Part shown: positions 39,430 through 49,087 of the stretch, piece by piece
Position numbering within the stretch: position 1 is the stretch's first letter
Layout of the letters: every line of letters starts with the position of its first letter
DNA from: Bacillota bacterium
GTDB lineage: Bacteria > Bacillota > UBA994 > UBA5500
Assembly: GCA_050949055.1 (NCBI GenBank)
Contig: JBMNFA010000001.1
Span: 543,338-607,337, forward strand
Direction: 5' to 3'
Length of the DNA stretch: 64,000 nucleotides
The notes under the pieces: generated by a model
Database searches by the model: none
The model's input: the letters and a program-made list of their open reading frames with translations, nothing else
What the model was told of the DNA's origin: nothing
Position numbers and translations under genes: made by a program

Positions 39430-40914
39430 TTATTTATGATCATTTTCCTGTTCAATTGGTTCCTCCGTCGACTCCTCTGCCTGGGCTTCTTGCTCGATTG
39501 ACTCCTCCAATGCAACGTGCTCTGGCTCTGGCTGTGGCTGGAGAATAAGCTCAACGGGAGCATACAGTGGCCGTGGAAATGGCTTCCAGACCAATACCTT
39601 TTTGACCGGCTTCGCCTCTGACGACTCCGGCTCGCTTGACTGCGCCAACGCAGCCTCTTCCACCGATTCTGTCACTTCAGTCTGCTGCTGCAGATCTTTC
39701 TTGTCCTTTTCTTCATTCATCGCCTTCACCTCCTCGGCTGATTGCGCCTCCCGTTGGGGCGCGACGGTCGGTATCAACTCAACCTGCTCGCCTGGTGTTC
39801 CTTCCCTCCCTTGCCGATGATCGTCTCCCATGATGGGAGCACCCTGCGAGTGCATCGGGTTCGGCGCCTGACCTACAGCTACCGATTCCGGTGCGCTGGC
39901 CACAGCCGCGCCTGCTACCGGCTGAGCCTTCGCTGCCATGGGCGGTTGCTTGTCTTCATATTCAAAAATATCAGCGGTTTCTTCCGGCAACAGCAGTACC
40001 TCCAAGTCTGCAACCAGCGCCATCCTCCGCTCCAAAATCGTCTGCATGCGCCGAATGGCCAAGATGCTGAGCCCTGGCGCAAGCAAGTCCTCCAAGCTCA
40101 GTCCACGGGGATACCAGAGGTCTGCTAACACCAGCCTCTTTTCCACCAGGGGCAGTGGCCGCACCTTGGTATATGAGAGGAGCATATTCTCTGCTATCCG
40201 CAGATCCCCTTCGCAGCACGCGAGCAGTCCAGTCAAGTCACTGGCGGGCAGGTTCCAGTGGCTCCTGTAAATCGGGTTGTAGTGAACCCGATGCACATCG
40301 GCCAGGTAGACGAAGTCATCAAAGCTGTGAATGCCGAGGGTCAAGCAAGCCTGCAACTGCTCCGGATCGACGTCATCCAAAATGGCCAATCCCTGCCGGA
40401 GACAGTTGCTCCACAGCTCCACCAGGCCTTCCCAATAGTTCAACGTTCGCTTGTGCAGATCGGGAGGTTGGGCTTGAGATAACGAGTCCAACAATCTCTG
40501 ATACTGCTGCCGCCATTTGCTCAGCAACTGACGGCCGGGACGGCTGGTCAGTTGATGCCAGTGCGCTACGCCGGCCAAAACAGTGAACAACTCAAAACCG
40601 TTGTGGGTATCACAGGCAGGTCCGGTCTCCCAGCTGGACAGGATGATGGCGGCTTCTTCCGTCTTGAAGCTGTACTTCCCTTCCAACGTAGGCAACAGGC
40701 GACTGAGCGACAGCTTGCCCAGCTTCCCTGCGTAGTCCAGCAACAGCCCCCCTAATCGTTCCAGAAAGGCGAAATCTCCTCGCCATATAGAGGGTTTCGC
40801 CAAACCGATGGGGGTGCTGAAGCAAAACTCACCGCCTACCACCTCACCCTGATCCAACAACCCGTAAGCTTTAGCTAGCTCTCGATAACTGAGCACCTCC
40901 AGGGAGTCAGACAC
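39430..40914 (-). CDS. CotS/YsxE-like spore coat protein (kinase-like fold, degenerate) with a long acidic C-terminal tail
   Basis: Patchy similarity to bacterial spore kinases (LLPTLEG, VAHWH, SDLTGLL, YTKVRPL...E..LVLADLWYP). No HxD or DFD motif. Spore-gene context. Confidence 0.55.
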   Translation of the reverse strand: MSDSLEVLSYRELAKAYGLLDQGEVVGGEFCFSTPIGLAKPSIWRGDFAFLERLGGLLLDYAGKLGKLSLSRLLPTLEGKYSFKTEEAAIILSSWETGPACDTHNGFELFTVLAGVAHWHQLTSRPGRQLLSKWRQQYQRLLDSLSQAQPPDLHKRTLNYWEGLVELWSNCLRQGLAILDDVDPEQLQACLTLGIHSFDDFVYLADVHRVHYNPIYRSHWNLPASDLTGLLACCEGDLRIAENMLLSYTKVRPLPLVEKRLVLADLWYPRGLSLEDLLAPGLSILAIRRMQTILERRMALVADLEVLLLPEETADIFEYEDKQPPMAAKAQPVAGAAVASAPESVAVGQAPNPMHSQGAPIMGDDHRQGREGTPGEQVELIPTVAPQREAQSAEEVKAMNEEKDKKDLQQQTEVTESVEEAALAQSSEPESSEAKPVKKVLVWKPFPRPLYAPVELILQPQPEPEHVALEESIEQEAQAEESTEEPIEQENDHK

Positions 40915-40992
40915 TCGTCCCACCCCTCCCTCTTCAGTCAACTATCGATTCAATCTTATGGGCAGATAGCAGCGATTATGTCTGTAGGCAGA

Positions 40993-41020
40993 AACAGCGG
41001 GAGTCTCCTCCCGCTGTTTG
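40993..41020. terminator. Terminator after the GNAT gene
   Basis: AAACAGCGGGAG-tctc-CTCCCGCTGTTT. Confidence 0.75.
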
Positions 41021-41127
41021 TGGGTCGTCAAGTCTCAAGTCGTACACCGCAACGCTCTCGATCCAGAGCCAACTGGACTGGAAGCTGACACCATATGAAC
41101 TGTTGATCGCTTAACAGTGCGCTTGGC

Positions 41128-41577
41128 TTATTTTTCCGGATTAAATGCGTTGCGAACCCTCAGGGTTACCTTCCCTCGGCGCACAAAGGCATCATAGGCC
41201 ACCATGCCCGCCCCAAAGGCGGTGCGCAGGCTGGGAAGATTATCGCTGGCGATCTCCGCGTAGAACCTACCCATCGTCTGTACAGACAGTCGAATCATCT
41301 CCCGACTGATGCCCTGGCCTCTATGCTCTCGGTGCACCACCACCATGGCAGTTCTGTTGCCATAGCGTTCGAAGATGATCACGCCCACCAGTTTGCGTTT
41401 TACCCACGCGGTCCAGATAACATTGCCTTCCTGCTCCAGGCTGCGACTGCGCAGTTGCTGCACATGGGAAAAGGCCGCACGGGTGATGTGCCCGTCCCGG
41501 TACCTTCTGATCAGACTCAGGATTTGGGGTCTGAGCTTCCGCCAGTCCTCGGCCAGAATTCGTCTATATTCAACCAT
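41128..41577 (-). CDS. GNAT family acetyltransferase
   Basis: Acetyl-CoA motif VVVHREHRGQGIS, DNLPSL; 8-bp overlap with the upstream YheC/D gene. Confidence 0.8.
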   Translation of the reverse strand: MVEYRRILAEDWRKLRPQILSLIRRYRDGHITRAAFSHVQQLRSRSLEQEGNVIWTAWVKRKLVGVIIFERYGNRTAMVVVHREHRGQGISREMIRLSVQTMGRFYAEIASDNLPSLRTAFGAGMVAYDAFVRRGKVTLRVRNAFNPEK

Positions 41578-42694
41578 CCGCCCCTGCCCTCCTCGTCCGG
41601 GCGAGATATCGCATGTAGCTGACCAGCGTGCTCAACCCTTTGTGCCGGATGCGATCCTCGTCGAATTTCATTGGTTTGGCATTGGCTTCGAAGAAGAAAG
41701 GCCTCCCATCAGGGGTGATTCCGATGTCCATGGACATCTCGCCAAAGCTGGCATGATAACCTCGCTCCACCAATGGAGCTACCGTCATCGCCAACGCTCG
41801 CACTCTTTCCTCCACCTGTCCGGCGCTATCAGGAAACACTCGCGGCAGAACCTGTTCCGTGGAGGCGATGAAGCCACCGTTAGGAACATGGGTCGTGATA
41901 CCGCCTTTGCTGGCCACTCGAATCCCCATGCCGGTGACTTGCCAGGAGCCTGACTGGTTTTTCTGAGCCAACAGACGAACATCGAAGATGCGTCCTTGGT
42001 AACGGGCTAACTCGATAGCCTGTTGAAGCATGTAGGTCTTCTGTCCGGCCATGGCCCGAATGGCAGCAAAGAGCTCAGACTTGCTTTTGTAGACTTGTCG
42101 CCTATTGGCGTCCTTTACACGATAGCGCAGATGGTAATTGCCCTGACCCAGGCTGACCCGCATGATACCCTGACCCGCAAAGGAGTTCTTTGGCTTCAGG
42201 TAGATGCTGCCAAATCGCCGCAGGGCCCGGTCCAGATCGTCCATGCGGCGTAGCCTTGCTGTCCAAGGTAGGTAAGGTGCTGCTTCCGACTGGCGCACCA
42301 AGACCCGATAGAGGTCATGTTTGTTTAGGAACCGTGGATTGAAACAGGGAATCCCCCGGCTTCTTAACTGCCTTTTGAGAGCGGTCACGGCTGGGCTATG
42401 TTCCAACGCACGATTAGGGACCCGGTTATAGACGACGTTGGGCAGGGGGTGGCGCCCCAGAACAAAGCGCCCACCCCGCCACTGATAGCCGAGTGCCATC
42501 CCTTTCGACCACTGCAACTGCCCAGGCGTGAAAACGTAGGAATGGATGCCTTCTTTTTGGCATGCCTGTAACACATAACGGAACATCTGCCTGTTTCCAG
42601 GAACTCCGCCCGAGCCTCGCCCGGCTGTGAGAATGCCCACCACTGGACGGGGCTGACGGGTTTCGGGTTCTGCCTTACGCTTTCTGCTGTTCAT
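41570..42694 (-). CDS. YheC/YheD family ATP-grasp spore coat protein
   Basis: PNVVYNRVP, FLNKHDLY, YLKPKNSFAGQGI, LQQAI, FDVRLLAQK, FFEANAKP. Confidence 0.9.
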   Translation of the reverse strand: MNSRKRKAEPETRQPRPVVGILTAGRGSGGVPGNRQMFRYVLQACQKEGIHSYVFTPGQLQWSKGMALGYQWRGGRFVLGRHPLPNVVYNRVPNRALEHSPAVTALKRQLRSRGIPCFNPRFLNKHDLYRVLVRQSEAAPYLPWTARLRRMDDLDRALRRFGSIYLKPKNSFAGQGIMRVSLGQGNYHLRYRVKDANRRQVYKSKSELFAAIRAMAGQKTYMLQQAIELARYQGRIFDVRLLAQKNQSGSWQVTGMGIRVASKGGITTHVPNGGFIASTEQVLPRVFPDSAGQVEERVRALAMTVAPLVERGYHASFGEMSMDIGITPDGRPFFFEANAKPMKFDEDRIRHKGLSTLVSYMRYLARTRRAGADG

Positions 42695-44030
42695 CTCCGT
42701 CCTCCTTCACTCCAAATCCAGCTAGGCGGGCGGCGTATCCGCAAAGATAGAACAAAGACCTCCGGCGCTCATCCCTGGCGAAGCGAGGGGAAAAGATAGT
42801 TCGACCTGGCTTGCTGTTAGCCTCGAACATGGCTACCCGCCCATTAGCTGTGACACCGATGTCTAGTCCCAACTCTCCCAGCTCCAGATTGGTCACGCGT
42901 TCCACAGCTTGTGCGATTTCCACCGAAGCCTGCTTGATCTTCTCGTATACCAACTCCGCCTGATCGCCGAAGGCGTGGTTGAGAGCCCTCGACAACGGCA
43001 CCACATAACCTCCATTGTGCACGTGGGTGGTAATGCTGCCCCGACCGGCTATTTTGGCGGCTGGCCCGCTCGGAATCCATTTGCCGTTGCCGTCTTTGTA
43101 GAGGGTAACCCGAACATCGAAAGGGCGTCCCCGGTAGCGAGCCAGGCGCAGCCCCTCCTGAATAACATAGGAGCGTGGGTTCATTCCGCGGCGCACCAGA
43201 TGTTGCGCCTCAGCCCAACTGCTGCTGGTCAGCTGATAATTGCGATGACCTTTGCGATAAGATATGGAGTAACGGCCTCCGGGCAGACGATTCACTTTGA
43301 CAATTCCTATCCCTTTGCTGCCTCCGTTAGGTTTCAAGTAAACCATTGGATAACGCTGCAGCATTCGCGGCACTTGGCTGAGGTTGGTCAACGGATGGCT
43401 TTCAGGTAAGTGAGAGTTGCCAGTCTCATCCCTGCGCAATAGTCGGTAGATGCGCCATTTGTGGAAAAAGGTGCGGTTGAAAACCGGGATTCCCCGCCTG
43501 GCCAACAGCCGCTTGCAGAGGCGGGTGGAGCCCAACATTTCCCCGCCTCGGTTGGGTATGCGATTGTAGACCACATCTGGCCAGGGGACAGCCACCCGCC
43601 TGATGCCGCTGGCAGTTAGCGCCCAGGCCTGCATCCTCCCGCGGGAGCCACACACATCGGCCGGACGAAAGACGACTGCCATCATTCCGCTTCTGGCTGC
43701 GGCAACCATCACCGCCCTGAAGTAGGCTGTCATTGTCCAAGTCGTCATGATCCCGATCAATGGACCAAACCGAATAGAGCGTTCGCTAGGGTTGATCTGA
43801 TAGTTCAGCCGTCTTGCCGGCAGAGCCAAACGGCGCAGCAGCACGGCCGAAACTAGACAGCGGCCGTTAGGGGCCACGCCCAGTCTCGCGTGCACTCGGG
43901 CTGTACCGAAGCGCAGCACTACGGTATCGCCTGGCCGCCAGCCGGCTTGCCTCAGCAGGTTATCTGGCAGTGAACACTGTCGAGTCTCCGTTTGAACGCT
44001 CTGGACTGAAAACGATCCATAATTGCTCAC
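42675..44030 (-). CDS. YheC/YheD family ATP-grasp protein (long form with N-terminal domain)
   Basis: IRFGPLIGI, PDVVYNRIP, YLKPNGGSKGIGI, IQEGL, FDVRV, MFEANSKP. Confidence 0.9.
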   Translation of the reverse strand: MSNYGSFSVQSVQTETRQCSLPDNLLRQAGWRPGDTVVLRFGTARVHARLGVAPNGRCLVSAVLLRRLALPARRLNYQINPSERSIRFGPLIGIMTTWTMTAYFRAVMVAAARSGMMAVVFRPADVCGSRGRMQAWALTASGIRRVAVPWPDVVYNRIPNRGGEMLGSTRLCKRLLARRGIPVFNRTFFHKWRIYRLLRRDETGNSHLPESHPLTNLSQVPRMLQRYPMVYLKPNGGSKGIGIVKVNRLPGGRYSISYRKGHRNYQLTSSSWAEAQHLVRRGMNPRSYVIQEGLRLARYRGRPFDVRVTLYKDGNGKWIPSGPAAKIAGRGSITTHVHNGGYVVPLSRALNHAFGDQAELVYEKIKQASVEIAQAVERVTNLELGELGLDIGVTANGRVAMFEANSKPGRTIFSPRFARDERRRSLFYLCGYAARLAGFGVKEDGDEQQKA

Positions 44031-45160
44031 GTACTCTTCCTCCCTCTGCTACGCTGCTCGAGCAAGTATCGGGCATAGGCCATCGGCGTTGCCACCGACA
44101 GCCACCTGGCCTGCCGATCACCGGTGTGGCGAAAGACTCTGCGCCCTGGTTTGGAGTTGACCTCCAACAGCCACACCTTCCCCTGGCGATCCACCCCCAT
44201 ATCCAGTCCCAGGTCACAGAGGGGGCCTGCTTTTTGCTCCATCACCTCTGCCACGCGGATCGCCAGCCTGTCGATCTCCTGTTCAATCTCCTCAGCTCTA
44301 TCAGGGAAGTATCTCTGCAATACAGCTGGCACAGTGCGGGCATATCCTCCGGTATGCAGGTTAGAGGTAATGCTATGGCGCCGTCCGATGCGGGCTGCTT
44401 TGCCGGTCACCTGCCATTTCCCCTCGCCGTTCTTCTGCACAATGCTGCGCACGTCATAGGGGCTCCCCGCCAGGTAGTTCAAATCCAAACCCTGCTGAAC
44501 CACATACCTGCGTCTCGTGCCTGCCAGTAGGGCTGACAACCCGGCAGCGCTGACCATGCGCCTCCCCCCCCTGCCGCTGAACTGAACGGAATACATTGCT
44601 CCCCGGCGAACAATGCGCACGATCCCCTTCCCTCCGCTGCCGAACACCGGTTTGATGTAGACAATTCCGTGTTTAGCCAACATGCGCAGAACAATGCCAG
44701 TGCCGGTGATCATGCGAGTCTCAGGGATGTGCTCCCTCAGGTCCTCAAATCGTCTGGCGATGCGGTGGAACTGCCACTTACCCCGCAGCCCTCTGCCCAT
44801 GAATCTGACATGAAACGTACGCCTCATTCGACCAACACTATTCCAGTACAGCTGCCAGCTGCCACGGCTGGGGAAAATGCGGTCGTAGACTACTCGGGGA
44901 ACAGGATACCGTCTGACCCGCCATCCCGAACCGTTATGTGTATAGCCGGGCACGGTACCGCTGGCCCAGTCGATATCTAGTGGAGAGAACACGATTACTT
45001 TAATCCCAAGACGGCGGCCGGCTCTCATCAGCCCGCGGAAATAGCCGCCTTCGGGAAACGGATACCCTCCTGCCCGGCGCGTGGACATCACGCCCACCAG
45101 CCCCAAGGGTCTTGCCACTTCTATCACACTCCTTTTGTGAGACTCTCTATCATCGGTCAA
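44027..45160 (-). CDS. YheC/YheD family ATP-grasp protein
   Basis: PRVVYDRI, YIKPVFGSGGKGI, VQQGL, YDVRSIVQK, LLEVNSKP. Confidence 0.9.
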   Translation of the reverse strand: MTDDRESHKRSVIEVARPLGLVGVMSTRRAGGYPFPEGGYFRGLMRAGRRLGIKVIVFSPLDIDWASGTVPGYTHNGSGWRVRRYPVPRVVYDRIFPSRGSWQLYWNSVGRMRRTFHVRFMGRGLRGKWQFHRIARRFEDLREHIPETRMITGTGIVLRMLAKHGIVYIKPVFGSGGKGIVRIVRRGAMYSVQFSGRGGRRMVSAAGLSALLAGTRRRYVVQQGLDLNYLAGSPYDVRSIVQKNGEGKWQVTGKAARIGRRHSITSNLHTGGYARTVPAVLQRYFPDRAEEIEQEIDRLAIRVAEVMEQKAGPLCDLGLDMGVDRQGKVWLLEVNSKPGRRVFRHTGDRQARWLSVATPMAYARYLLEQRSRGRKST

Positions 45161-45241
45161 AGGCCTGGGTAATTCACTATTGATTGGCTGGCTACGGCAT
45201 TGCCAACAGCTGATAGGTGCCTAGCTAAAGCAATCGAGCGG

Positions 45242-46654
45242 TCAGTATCTGCGCACTCGGCGCGATACAGGCAGATGCCAGACGCGCCGCAGATCACCTC
45301 CGGTGCGCCAGCGCTGCCCCGCCAGCACTTGTTCAAACACAGGCTCTATTTCTTCCCGGTACTCAGAGAAGCTGGCGCATTGCCGCAGATCTGCGATGAT
45401 TTGACTGAGCCCAGGCCGAAAATACTCATGATCGGCATTACGGAAAGCCCGCTGGGCCGCCGGATCCGAGAAATAGTCGTAGCGTAGTCTCGGCCATTCA
45501 CAGGCAATCACCTTGGCCAAGCAGAGTGCTGCCTTGGTATATTGCGGGCTGACCAGCCAACTAGGAGTGACCCGATACTCAAATCCCCCATGAGGCTTTG
45601 TTCTGTGATCCCCCAGCCAACCATACTTCTGCCTTCTTGCCCTGGCTGCTGCCGGGTTCTCCAGCAGCAAGAAGACTACGGCCAGATAGTTGTCTAAAGC
45701 CCGCAGCAAAGGACTTTGGGGCGGTAAACTGAAATGAATGTGACCGCCGACAGGCAGTTGGCGAAATGGCAAGGTGCCAGCCCTCCACTGCACATTCCGG
45801 TACGGTGCCAGGCGGGCCGCCCGCAGCATTGCCACGCGAATGTTCTCAGCCAGCTCCAGTGGTGACTGAGCAGGCTTTGGACGCACTTCGGCCAGCGGGT
45901 AGCCGGAGCGGCCAACGCGCACGCGCCGGGCATCACAGCCAACCAGGCCTTGCATGGGGAAGAAGTCCGAGGCAAAGGCCATTCTCCCGTTCCTCGAGTC
46001 TCGCATCATGAACTCAGGATCAGCTCCCATCAGAAACCGGGGGCAACTGCTTCCTCTCAGTTCAGCGATCCAAGATCTGGAGAGCCAGGCTTCCTGACGA
46101 ATTGTCCATTTCTTGATCTCCTCAGCATACACTGTGACCAAACGCTTCCCTAACGCGGGACAGGCATCGACGTGCAAGCAATAGAGGTTGCCTTTGCTGC
46201 TCAAGCCAATGTCTGCCGTCCCCAGATCCAATCCCACAGCATAGAGGGCCGCCAAAGCCAACTGGGCTACCTCCCGGGTTTCTTTGCTGGCTGTCCAGCG
46301 CACACTATAAGCACGGCGACGCCCGATCTCTGCCCGCTGCATATAGATAGGTTTTGAGTCGAACACATGCACGCGATAGCGGCGGTAGAAACGTAGGCTT
46401 TTCCCAGCGCTCAAGTGCCGTATGCGACTGGCCGACCAATGGTCCTTGACCTTGACTTTGTCCTGGCTGCCTGTTACAGCGCTGGCCCGATTGAGCACCA
46501 CATCGCTGGCATCATCTGTGCCTACATCGGCCAAGCGAATTACAAGTTGCCAAGAGCCGCTGGGCATTACGGTGCTGACTGTCATGTCCGGCAGTTTCTC
46601 TGAAAACAACTCCACCATTCTTTCTGTCTGGACCAGCAGCAGACCGCGCGCCAT
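45242..46654 (-). CDS. Putative COOH-NH2 ligase (phiEco32-like amidoligase type 2) with a degenerate ATP-grasp-like N-terminus
   Basis: MGADPEFM, VGCD, AEVRP, GGHIHFS, FEYRVTPSW. Confidence 0.8.
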   Translation of the reverse strand: MARGLLLVQTERMVELFSEKLPDMTVSTVMPSGSWQLVIRLADVGTDDASDVVLNRASAVTGSQDKVKVKDHWSASRIRHLSAGKSLRFYRRYRVHVFDSKPIYMQRAEIGRRRAYSVRWTASKETREVAQLALAALYAVGLDLGTADIGLSSKGNLYCLHVDACPALGKRLVTVYAEEIKKWTIRQEAWLSRSWIAELRGSSCPRFLMGADPEFMMRDSRNGRMAFASDFFPMQGLVGCDARRVRVGRSGYPLAEVRPKPAQSPLELAENIRVAMLRAARLAPYRNVQWRAGTLPFRQLPVGGHIHFSLPPQSPLLRALDNYLAVVFLLLENPAAARARRQKYGWLGDHRTKPHGGFEYRVTPSWLVSPQYTKAALCLAKVIACEWPRLRYDYFSDPAAQRAFRNADHEYFRPGLSQIIADLRQCASFSEYREEIEPVFEQVLAGQRWRTGGDLRRVWHLPVSRRVRRY

Positions 46655-46669
46655 GTTCTCACTTCCTCT

Positions 46670-48010
46670 CTATCTGAAACCGGCTCTGGAGATGGCGTAT
46701 CGGACTATCCTGCGCACTGAAGGGGGGACTCCTGGCAGATTGTCGTTTTCTCTGCCCGGCTTGGCGTTGACCTCGATCAGCCAAAGCCTTCCTCGGATGT
46801 CTAGTGCCATGTCTACCCCAAACTCGCCGAATTCCTGTCCTAGCTGCTCTTCCAGCGCTCTGGCGATCACTCGCGCCCCTCGGCGCACTCGCCTGGCAGC
46901 TTGCAGGCTGTTTAGCCGCAATGAATTTCTGATAGCCTTGCGAGCGGGAACCATGGAGCCGCCTGTAGCAACGTTGGAAACGGCGCTGCCAGCGGAGGAC
47001 GCCACTCGAGCAATCATGTTTGTGCATACCCAACGACCGCGAGGCGTCTTCTGCACCATCACCCGAATGTCATAGGGACGTCCTCCATAGCGGGCCAAGT
47101 GCAACCCCTGTTGAACGATCATGCGACGCCCTGAAAGGTGTAAGCGCTTTTCCAGCTTGCCTAGGCTATCGGCCAGGCCCATGTGGCGGCCGCGTTTTCC
47201 CACCCGCTGGTAGCGGTAGCCGTGAGCAATGCGACTCACTTTGGTTACCCCTAATCCCAAAGAACCCCGAGTGGGCTTGACGTAGACAGTAGAATACGCC
47301 CGCAACCAGCGGCCAAGTTGACTGATGGACGTCAGTTTGTCGGTGCGGGGAAGATATCTGCGGGCACGGGAGTCATTTTGCAGTGCCTGATGAACATCCC
47401 ACTTGTCCAGGAAGCTTGGGTTGAAGTAATGCAACTTCGGCAGCGCCTGCAAGCGTTCTTTACATTGCTGATAGCGCTGCAACCGTTCCAAACGTCGGCT
47501 CTGCAGGCGGTCATAGACCACATCAGGCAAGGGGAAAGACGAACGACGCCAGGAGCGGCCGACAGGCACAAATCCCTGGACGGTGCCTGTCTCCCAATCG
47601 ATATCTCTGGCGGTGAATGCGTAAGCCACTACCCCTCTCCGGCGGCATAATCGTACAAACATCCGCACGAAGTCTGTTACTGGTCCCAAGAAGCGCAGCG
47701 AGCCTGGCGAGTTGCTGCGCCAGACAAAAACCGCCACCACCGGGCCCAGCCGCAATCGACCCTCTTCGCTGTCCCAAGAGGCCAGAAGTCTGGCCCCACT
47801 CCGGAGGCCAAGAGCTGATAATACGTCTTGCCCCAGTGCCAAGGGCAGGGGACGCCCGTCAACCGCGCTCTGGGTAAAGACTGCAGCAACCTCTCTTTGA
47901 CCATAGGCCACTGTCCCTGAAACCCTCAGTTCTCGGCTGCTACTAAGTATTTTGGCAGGCAGTGCGACCACGCCCGCCTGGTCGTTGGCGTGCAGTTTCA
48001 CTCTAATCAA
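46670..48010 (-). CDS. YheC/YheD family ATP-grasp protein (long form)
   Basis: LRLGPVVAV, PDVVYDR, FLDKWDVH, YVKPTRGSLGLG, VQQGL, YDIRVMVQK, LIEVNAKP. Confidence 0.9.
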   Translation of the reverse strand: MIRVKLHANDQAGVVALPAKILSSSRELRVSGTVAYGQREVAAVFTQSAVDGRPLPLALGQDVLSALGLRSGARLLASWDSEEGRLRLGPVVAVFVWRSNSPGSLRFLGPVTDFVRMFVRLCRRRGVVAYAFTARDIDWETGTVQGFVPVGRSWRRSSFPLPDVVYDRLQSRRLERLQRYQQCKERLQALPKLHYFNPSFLDKWDVHQALQNDSRARRYLPRTDKLTSISQLGRWLRAYSTVYVKPTRGSLGLGVTKVSRIAHGYRYQRVGKRGRHMGLADSLGKLEKRLHLSGRRMIVQQGLHLARYGGRPYDIRVMVQKTPRGRWVCTNMIARVASSAGSAVSNVATGGSMVPARKAIRNSLRLNSLQAARRVRRGARVIARALEEQLGQEFGEFGVDMALDIRGRLWLIEVNAKPGRENDNLPGVPPSVRRIVRYAISRAGFR

Positions 48011-48110
48011 TCCTGTGCCACCTCCAATGCATGGAGCGTTCCTTTAACAGAATATGAAAGCCCTAGCGACGCGGTGAAAGGGTACGGCACCAAGCCGTAG
48101 GTATAGTAGA

Positions 48111-48135
48111 GCCCCAGAGCAATTCGCTCTGGGGC
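48111..48135. terminator. Hairpin after cotE
   Basis: GCCCCAGAGC-aattc-GCTCTGGGGC. Confidence 0.55.
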
Positions 48136-48165
48136 CCACTTCCGCTCGCTATTGCTCACCAGCGT

Positions 48166-48765
48166 CTACGGCTCGAATTCGATGTCATCCTCATCGTCGA
48201 AGTCAGCATAGTCTTCGTCGCCGAGCTCATCCTCATCGAAGAAATCGCCCTCGCCGTCTAGATCCAGCTGGTCTTTGCTCTTCTTGTCATCGGCGAAGGG
48301 AGGTTCGTAGACCTTCACCCACAATTTCGTTTCGCCGATAATCTCAGCGTAATACTCCAGCTCGACTTCCACCTGTACGGCGCCCCGACGGGTATGGACA
48401 CTAGTGATCTCCGGCTCGCGGGTAACGGAGGCACTGACGGTTTCATCCACCCCCAGCCGCTCTCCCTCCAGATCTACCACGGGAAGATACTCTATGTAAC
48501 TGACAGTCTTCTTCTCCACGGCAGTCTGGGTGCCATCGGCATATGCATACCAGATATGTAAATCGTAATGCCCCTTGATCTCCACCGAGTTTGCTTTGGG
48601 ACTGGCTGTATATGCGTGGCCGCTGACTCGATATCCGAGCACACTCTCCACCGGTTGGCTGGTGGCTACACTATGCACCTGCCTGAACCTTTTCTGGCCC
48701 TTGGCACAAGTAGCGCGAGTGATAATCTCCCGCAGGCTACCTGCCAGCTTAGCGCTGTTCCACAT
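48166..48765 (-). CDS. cotE: Outer spore coat morphogenetic protein CotE
   Basis: REIITRATCAKG, VEIKGHYDLHIWYAY, YYAEIIGETK, acidic C-terminal tail. Confidence 0.85.
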   Translation of the reverse strand: MWNSAKLAGSLREIITRATCAKGQKRFRQVHSVATSQPVESVLGYRVSGHAYTASPKANSVEIKGHYDLHIWYAYADGTQTAVEKKTVSYIEYLPVVDLEGERLGVDETVSASVTREPEITSVHTRRGAVQVEVELEYYAEIIGETKLWVKVYEPPFADDKKSKDQLDLDGEGDFFDEDELGDEDYADFDDEDDIEFEP

Positions 48766-49087
48766 CTCTTTTCTCCCCCCTTTTTTCTGCGCCGACGTCT
48801 AGTCGGGCAGCTCTGTCAGACCATCATATGAGACCCCGATAGATGGTGTTACAGGCTGAGCAACGCATGTGACGGAGGGACGGATCTTTTGTCACACACA
48901 AAGGGTCAGTCATCATGCGGGAATCACCCCCTGGCGCTGTTCAGCCGGGCTGGCACTTCACTGAGCTTTCAAGAATGGGGCCCGTCCCTCCACCGCACGC
49001 TTGCCTCAGAGGCCCGCATACATTAGACTTAGTTGTGCGTCAAAAGCTAGCTATGTGGCCGATGTCCGACACAAGGAGGCAGACCAA

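Noticed and set aside
45161-45241. RiPP-style precursor peptide for the ATP-grasp cluster
   Set aside because: No small ORF with an RBS was found in this gap or at 41021-41127 or 48011-48165.
48940-49000. SAM-I riboswitch-like GGTGGAGGGACGGGCCC on the minus strand
   Set aside because: It lacks the AUC/GAU P1 ends, GCAACC and the correct spacing, and is not positioned ahead of a methionine-related gene.
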